In this document: piece by piece, positions 58,986-64,000 of the stretch
Numbering within the stretch: position 1 is the first letter of the stretch
Layout of the letters: each line of letters opens with the position of its first letter
Assembly (NCBI GenBank): GCA_003484955.1
Contig: DMZH01000001.1
Location: forward strand, 87,848-151,847
Reading direction: 5' to 3'
DNA: 64,000 nucleotides
Source of the DNA: Candidatus Woesebacteria bacterium
GTDB lineage: Bacteria > Patescibacteriota > Microgenomatia > UBA8517
Notes under the pieces: generated by a model
The model's database searches: none
The model's input: the letters and a program-made list of their open reading frames with translations, nothing else
Told to the model about the DNA's origin: nothing
Translations under genes and position numbers: made by a program

Positions 58986-59351
58986 ATGAATAAAAAAATC
59001 GTAATCGCAATATTGGTTTTCCTTGTAGTAGGTTTTCTGGCGTGGCTGTATTTTAAACCCGCAAAAATAACAACTACCCAGTCAACTAATGACACCGCTG
59101 CGACGGCAGACATTACTATTTCGAACTTTAATTTTTCACCGTCATCTTTTACTGTCAATGCAGGACAAAAGGTTGGTGTTGTAAATAAGGACTCTGTGCA
59201 GCATTCACTGACATCCGATGACAAATCGTTTGACACTGGACTCTTATCGACCGGCCGGGAGGGAAGTTTTACGGCACCGACGGTTCCGGGAACTTACAAG
59301 TTCCACTGTGCGCCGCACCCAGACATGACAGGCACGCTAATTGTGCAGTAA
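58986..59351 (+). CDS. Membrane-anchored cupredoxin (plastocyanin/amicyanin-like)
   Basis: N-terminal TM, FSP...V..G..V...N.D...H, C..H..M type-1 copper ligands (FHCAPHPDM). Confidence 0.9.
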   Translation: MNKKIVIAILVFLVVGFLAWLYFKPAKITTTQSTNDTAATADITISNFNFSPSSFTVNAGQKVGVVNKDSVQHSLTSDDKSFDTGLLSTGREGSFTAPTVPGTYKFHCAPHPDMTGTLIVQ

Positions 59352-59366
59352 GTTATACTTACTCAA

Positions 59367-60266
59367 ATGGTAGATATACGTCAATCCGTTCATTTTGCCA
59401 ACTATCTTAAAAGGCTTGGCTGGACGGTTGAGCGGATCGGAGAGATAAACTACTTCATTAAAAAAATGCCTATCGTGGGCTCTATTCTTAAACTGCAGAG
59501 GCCCGAAGAAATCAGAATGGATACGATACAAAAGTTATCCCAAAAATACGGTGTTTTTCAGATAGTTGTTGAGCCGTCCCTAAGTTCCTACATCGGGCCC
59601 CTCGAAGATCGTCGCAATCTAATGTTAGCACACGGCTTTAAATTATCAAAAAGCACATATTTACCTTCAAAAACGCTTCAAATTGACTTGACAAGATCAA
59701 AGGAAGATATCCTCCAAAATTTTAAAAAGGATGCACGACAAGCCATTCGAAAAACTGAAGGCCCTGAGCGAAGCCGAATGGGGAAGGGGTTATTTATAAA
59801 AGAATACTCAACCCCCGATGAAATAAAAATATTTCGGGAGGGGTGGAAAAAATCTGTTAAATTTGATCGTTATGTACCAAGCACTGAACAACTCATTAAG
59901 TTAAAGAGAAGTTTTCCATATTCTAAGTCCCTATTCCTTGCGTCGCACAATATATCTGGCAGAATTATAGGAGGAGTGATTTTCACGACTTCTTCACACG
60001 AAAGATCAAACTATATCACCTACTATTGGCAAGCATTCACAAACCCTGAGGGCAGGTCTACCCTATCCCAGTATTCCCTCCTCTGGAGAGGAATACTATG
60101 GGCCAAAAAGCAGGGTTATAAGATCTTTGATTTTGAAGGTATTTTTGATCCCCGCTTCCCCAACAAAAGCTGGTTGGGATTCACCCACTTCAAGGGCTCT
60201 TTTGGCGGCTACGAAGTAGAATATCCTGGATGTTTTATCAAAAATCGTCTACCATTTAAATCATGA
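59367..60266 (+). CDS. Second, divergent FemABX-like GNAT protein
   Basis: DIRQS, T..IDL.....IL..F...AR..IRK, LLW..I.WAK..G...FDFEG, G.THFK.SFGG. Confidence 0.82.
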   Translation: MVDIRQSVHFANYLKRLGWTVERIGEINYFIKKMPIVGSILKLQRPEEIRMDTIQKLSQKYGVFQIVVEPSLSSYIGPLEDRRNLMLAHGFKLSKSTYLPSKTLQIDLTRSKEDILQNFKKDARQAIRKTEGPERSRMGKGLFIKEYSTPDEIKIFREGWKKSVKFDRYVPSTEQLIKLKRSFPYSKSLFLASHNISGRIIGGVIFTTSSHERSNYITYYWQAFTNPEGRSTLSQYSLLWRGILWAKKQGYKIFDFEGIFDPRFPNKSWLGFTHFKGSFGGYEVEYPGCFIKNRLPFKS

Positions 60267-60531
60267 AAACACTGGGAGAGTTAGAGGCAGAGGTAAATGA
60301 AATTAAAAAAAGGAACGTCAAAGTCGAAACAGACAAAGCTTGGGAAACTTCAATTACCAGACGTTTACTTTTGATTGTTTTTACTTATCTCGCAATTGCA
60401 ATCTACCTTATAACCTCATTAGTGTTCCATCCTCCTGGTTAAACGCCATCGTGCCGGCAGTTGGTTTTATGCTTTCAACTCTTACATTACCTTTTTTCAA
60501 AAAAATTTGGGTTAAATACATTAAAAAATGA
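60263..60531 (+). pseudogene. Small two-TM protein gene broken by a frameshift near 60405-60412
   Basis: ATG 60263 overlaps the upstream stop and gives MKTLGELEAEVNEIKKRNVKVETDKAWETSITRRLLLIVFTYLAIAIYL.., stopping at 60442. Another frame continues NLISVPSSWLNAIVPAVGFMLSTLTLPFFKKIW to a stop that overlaps the next ATG. Confidence 0.65.
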
Positions 60532-60788
60532 TAATTAAAAAGAAAACTTGGACCGAAGGGTTTGAAAAAATCCTTTCTGGAGAAAAAACTTTTGATGCTA
60601 GATTGGTAAATTTTGAGTGTAAGCCGGGTGATACTCTAGTTTTAGAAGAATACGACCCGGCAAGGAGAAAATATACTGGTAGAAAAATCGAGAAAGAAAT
60701 TAGCTTTGTTCTAGATACCAAAAAGCAAAAGTACTGGTCTCAATCCGACATAAAAAATGTGGGTCTTCAAATAATTGCATTTAAATAG
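60528..60788 (+). CDS. ASCH/DUF3850-like (PUA-like) domain protein
   Basis: K.W...F..ILSG.KTFD.R......PGD.LVL.EY......TGR. Confidence 0.82.
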   Translation: MIIKKKTWTEGFEKILSGEKTFDARLVNFECKPGDTLVLEEYDPARRKYTGRKIEKEISFVLDTKKQKYWSQSDIKNVGLQIIAFK

Positions 60789-61242
60789 CTTTTTTAATTC
60801 TCCTTAAGTTTTCCTCTATTATCTCCTTTTGTTCCGGCCAAAAGAGTTGGGGTAAATTATTAATATCAAACCAATCGAAAACTAAATCTTCTTCACCTTT
60901 TTCCAATTTTTGTATCCCATCAACCTGGTTTGTAATAAATAAATAATAACTGGTAATTCCCCACCTATCTTTTTCAAAAGACAGTCTTTCCTTTTTTCCT
61001 AATAGACATATCAAAGTCAAATCGCTAATTCCAGTTTCTTCAGAAACTTCTCTCGCAGCGGCATGTTCCAAACTTTCACCGTTCTCCACACCACCTTTGG
61101 GAAGCATAAATTTGTTAAATTTGTTATCCCGTATAAACCCAATCAATAAATTGTCCCCATCATTTCTCACAACAACTCCACCAGCCGCCAATCTTTCCGG
61201 GATTCCTTTTGGTTTTACATACCAGCTTTTGTTGATTTTCAT
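60781..61242 (-). CDS. NUDIX hydrolase
   Basis: Nudix box LPKGGVENGESLEHAAAREVSEETG. Confidence 0.93.
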   Translation of the reverse strand: MKINKSWYVKPKGIPERLAAGGVVVRNDGDNLLIGFIRDNKFNKFMLPKGGVENGESLEHAAAREVSEETGISDLTLICLLGKKERLSFEKDRWGITSYYLFITNQVDGIQKLEKGEEDLVFDWFDINNLPQLFWPEQKEIIEENLRRIKKAI

Positions 61243-64000
61243 GATTCCTCAGATTTACAAAATAGCGAGAACTCACAACCCATCTGACAAAACATGTGAT
61301 TGCTACACTTAAAGTCGGATTTTTCTATTTCGTCCCTGACTTTAAGAATTTCGGTAACAGCATTTTCCAATTGTTTGACTGTGCGTGTTGTGGAAATTTT
61401 TTCCTGAGAATCAAGATAATACAAAGAGAGTTTAATTCTTTCCGGAATTTTTCCAAAAGGCTCTGTAGGAATCTTGCTTGCTGCTAAGGCGTAAAAACTG
61501 AGCTGCAAGTTTTTGTCCACTTCTTTTTGGGTCGGAATTGTTGCCCCGGTTTTATAATCAACAATTTCTATTTCTCCGTTGCCCAAATTGTCCACCCTAT
61601 CAAGCCGCCCGCCAATTTTCAAATCTTTGACAAGCGGTATTGTGAATGGCAGCTCCAGTGCAGTCGGAAGAATATTCGGATTGAATCCCTGCTTCAAAAA
61701 TCCTGATAAATATAATTTACCTTTATTAAAAAATTCTTTCTCGTGAGATTTACTCTTAAATCCTTCTTTTACCCAATTATTTTCAAGAAGTTCATAAATA
61801 AACTTTTCTGTTGGTTTTGATCCTGCAGCTACCTCTTCAAAAAAATTCTTTAGAGTTGCGTGAATCGCCATTCCAAAACTTTGAGATGCGGAGGGTGGTG
61901 TCGGAACTTTCAAAATATATTTAAGTTTGTAATGAAGCGGACAAGTTTGGAAAGTTTCAATTTGACTGAAGCTCAGATAATCAACATGGAAATCTTTTTC
62001 CGGCAGCGTCTCTTTAATACCAGTTTTAATTCCATAATCAAGAAAAGACAATTGAGCAGCCTTAATTAAAGTTTTTTCAGCCCCCATTGCTTTCTCACCC
62101 AAAGCTTCAAAAATAAATGGAGATAATTTTTTCTCACGCTTCCCCTCCCCATAATAATCGGCGGCTGTAAAATACAGTCTCTCTTTTGCCCTTGTCATAC
62201 CCACGTAGAACAGACGGCGTTCTTCCTCCAAGTGAAAGTCCCCCATCGGCAAAACCTCTTTTATAAGCTCATTGGGAATCGGGATTTGTTCACGACGTTC
62301 TACCGCAGGAAACCTTTGGGAAACCAAGTTGGCAAGAAAAATCACCGGAAACTCCAGTCCTTTTGCGGAATGAGCAGTTAAAATATTTACAGCGTTAATT
62401 TCAGTCCAGTCTTCGTTTGTGGCCAAAGGACTTTCCCCAAGCTCCATTGAAAGATCCAGCCAGTCGACAACAGCAGTGACGGTCGCGTCTTGATTATCGA
62501 CTTCGTAGGTTTTGAGCTTATCGAAAAATTTGGATATATTTTTGGCTTTGCTTTCGGCCTCTACCGATGCCGGAGACAAAAGCTTCTGAATAAGTCCCGT
62601 CTCCTCAAGAAAATAATAAAGTATTTGTCCGGCAGTCTCCCGACGTGTGAGACCAAGATGTTTTTTAATAATACCGACCAATTTAACAACCCTCTCTTTA
62701 CTGTCACCGGACAGAACTGGCCCTTCCGATGCGTTTCGCGAAGTATCTGTCTTCGATGAGGGAGAGTTTTTTGCTACGATTTCTGCGGTTTCAAAAAGTG
62801 AAAGGTTATATTTTTTTGCATAATTCCCCATTGCAGCAATGTCGCGCGGAGCAATATCGAAATACTCATTTGATAAAACTTTATAGAAAGCTACAGAATC
62901 TTCAAAGTTATAAAGAACTTTGAGGTATGAAATTAAGTCAACTATTTCAGGCTGTTTAAATAGTCTTCCCGGACCCAAAAATTGATAAGGAATTCCATGC
63001 CGGGACAATGCCCTCATAATAGGTTCCGAATGATTATTGGCGCGAACCAGTATTGCAAAATCCCCCCATTTATATTTTCGGTCTTCCTCTGTTATCTTTT
63101 TTATTTCTTTAGCGATAATATCCGCTTCGTTTTCGACCCTGTCGGCATGAATGAATTTTATTTCGGCGCCGTCTTTTGCAACCTGAGACTTTAATCTTTT
63201 ATCTATTTTTTCAACCACCTCCAGCCTGTCAGGGTCATTAAATTTAATTAGATCGTGACTTCGGTCAAGAATTTCCTGTGTTGAACGGTAATTTTTTGTT
63301 AAAACTATTACCTTGGTTTTTGGAAAATTTTTCCTAAATTGAATAATGTTACTTACTGCCGCGCCTCTAAATCTATAAACCGATTGATCATCGTCTCCTA
63401 CTACATTTATGTTTCCGTTCTTCCCAGAAAGAAGCTTTGTCAATTCATTCTGAGCAAAGTTTGTATCTTGAAATTCATCAACAAGAAAATATTTAAACTG
63501 TTTTTGATATTCTGACAAAATGTTTGGTCTATCCCTAAAAAGTTTAAGGGTTTTGATTATCAGATCTCCAAAGTCCATTAAACCTTCCTTAACTTTTATC
63601 TCATCATATGCCTTATATGCCTTAGCAAGTTCTGTATATTTTTCTCCTTCAATTTTTTCCTCGTCGCTCAATTTGGAATTTGGAATTTTGAATTTTGAAT
63701 TTGCCCAATCAAGATATTGACTGGGCGACACATCTTCATCCTGCAACCGGCTAAAGTGCTGAAGCATTCCACTTATAAACTTATTTGGATTTCCAAGAGG
63801 TCTGAAATAATTTAAATCCAGTTTAAAAAGATTTTTTCGCAGAAGCTGGATGGCACCAGCCTCTGACATTAATTTATATCTTGGATCAAGTCCGATATGT
63901 AAAGCTTCCTGGCGGAGAATTCTGTCGCAGAAAGAGTGAAAGGTCATTATCCACATTTGTGTATAGCCGTAAGGAAGACCAATATCGACTCTTTCCTCCA
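61239..64000 (-). CDS. UvrD-like helicase fused to C-terminal PD-(D/E)XK nuclease (AdnB/AddA-like); 5' end beyond window
   Basis: The frame stays open to the window end (..EERVDIGLPYGYTQMWIMTFH). DEFQDTN, NYRS, HSAKGLEF, EERRLFYVGMTRA, then LSFSQ..F..CP, GRLDRVD, IVDYKTG, QL..Y and a terminal Cys cluster. Confidence 0.92.
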   Translation of the reverse strand, partial: EERVDIGLPYGYTQMWIMTFHSFCDRILRQEALHIGLDPRYKLMSEAGAIQLLRKNLFKLDLNYFRPLGNPNKFISGMLQHFSRLQDEDVSPSQYLDWANSKFKIPNSKLSDEEKIEGEKYTELAKAYKAYDEIKVKEGLMDFGDLIIKTLKLFRDRPNILSEYQKQFKYFLVDEFQDTNFAQNELTKLLSGKNGNINVVGDDDQSVYRFRGAAVSNIIQFRKNFPKTKVIVLTKNYRSTQEILDRSHDLIKFNDPDRLEVVEKIDKRLKSQVAKDGAEIKFIHADRVENEADIIAKEIKKITEEDRKYKWGDFAILVRANNHSEPIMRALSRHGIPYQFLGPGRLFKQPEIVDLISYLKVLYNFEDSVAFYKVLSNEYFDIAPRDIAAMGNYAKKYNLSLFETAEIVAKNSPSSKTDTSRNASEGPVLSGDSKERVVKLVGIIKKHLGLTRRETAGQILYYFLEETGLIQKLLSPASVEAESKAKNISKFFDKLKTYEVDNQDATVTAVVDWLDLSMELGESPLATNEDWTEINAVNILTAHSAKGLEFPVIFLANLVSQRFPAVERREQIPIPNELIKEVLPMGDFHLEEERRLFYVGMTRAKERLYFTAADYYGEGKREKKLSPFIFEALGEKAMGAEKTLIKAAQLSFLDYGIKTGIKETLPEKDFHVDYLSFSQIETFQTCPLHYKLKYILKVPTPPSASQSFGMAIHATLKNFFEEVAAGSKPTEKFIYELLENNWVKEGFKSKSHEKEFFNKGKLYLSGFLKQGFNPNILPTALELPFTIPLVKDLKIGGRLDRVDNLGNGEIEIVDYKTGATIPTQKEVDKNLQLSFYALAASKIPTEPFGKIPERIKLSLYYLDSQEKISTTRTVKQLENAVTEILKVRDEIEKSDFKCSNHMFCQMGCEFSLFCKSEES
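63670..63703. repeat. Heptamer tandem repeat AATTT(T/G)G, about 5 copies, inside the helicase CDS
   Basis: AATTTGG AATTTGG AATTTTG AATTTTG AATTTG; encodes NSKFKIPNSKL on the minus strand. Confidence 0.8.

Noticed and set aside
1-64000. Alternative genetic code (UGA recoding as in Gracilibacteria/Absconditabacteria)
   Set aside because: Conserved genes are full length under code 11, and TGA is used as a normal stop (e.g. murJ and several ATGA overlaps).

Overview
Core-genome window from a small-genome, AT-rich bacterium using genetic code 11. The gene content and protein variants point to Patescibacteria/CPR, probably Microgenomates (Woesebacteria-like); this is inference. Positions 1-44.5 kb are almost entirely minus-strand housekeeping genes. 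In transcription order they are murJ; CIRCE-hrcA-grpE-dnaK-dnaJ; nusA-infB-degenerate DHH protein-rpsO-pnp; a protease-less Lon-type AAA+ ATPase, a phosphoesterase, UDG, rnj, ftsK, a rodZ-like gene and a short alaS; an FtsA/PilM-like-TM-baseplate-J-like fusion; a sortase, ruvX and mltG; rpoBC-rpsLG-fusA-tuf-rpsJ; two inserted genes; and rplC through rplE. Positions 44.6-64 kb hold rpsT and an envelope island: PilN/PilO-like genes, Thr/Pro-rich surface proteins (two ending in AALPxSG plus a TM helix), three GT-C glycosyltransferases including a PMT-type fusion, an LCP protein, two FemABX transferases and a cupredoxin, followed by two UvrD-family helicases. The most interesting signals are: (1) a putative sortase/LPxSG surface-glycoprotein display pathway; (2) an EF-G with altered nucleotide-specificity motifs (NKLN, GGDNR); (3) the actin-fold-baseplate-J fusion; (4) the stand-alone Lon motor next to an RGG-tailed PNPase; (5) short palindromes and 7/8-mer repeats embedded in frame in many proteins; (6) a switch-like attenuator leader before rplC. 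No rRNA, tRNA, CRISPR array, transposase or integrase was seen. All calls come from motif recognition by eye, with no database searches.
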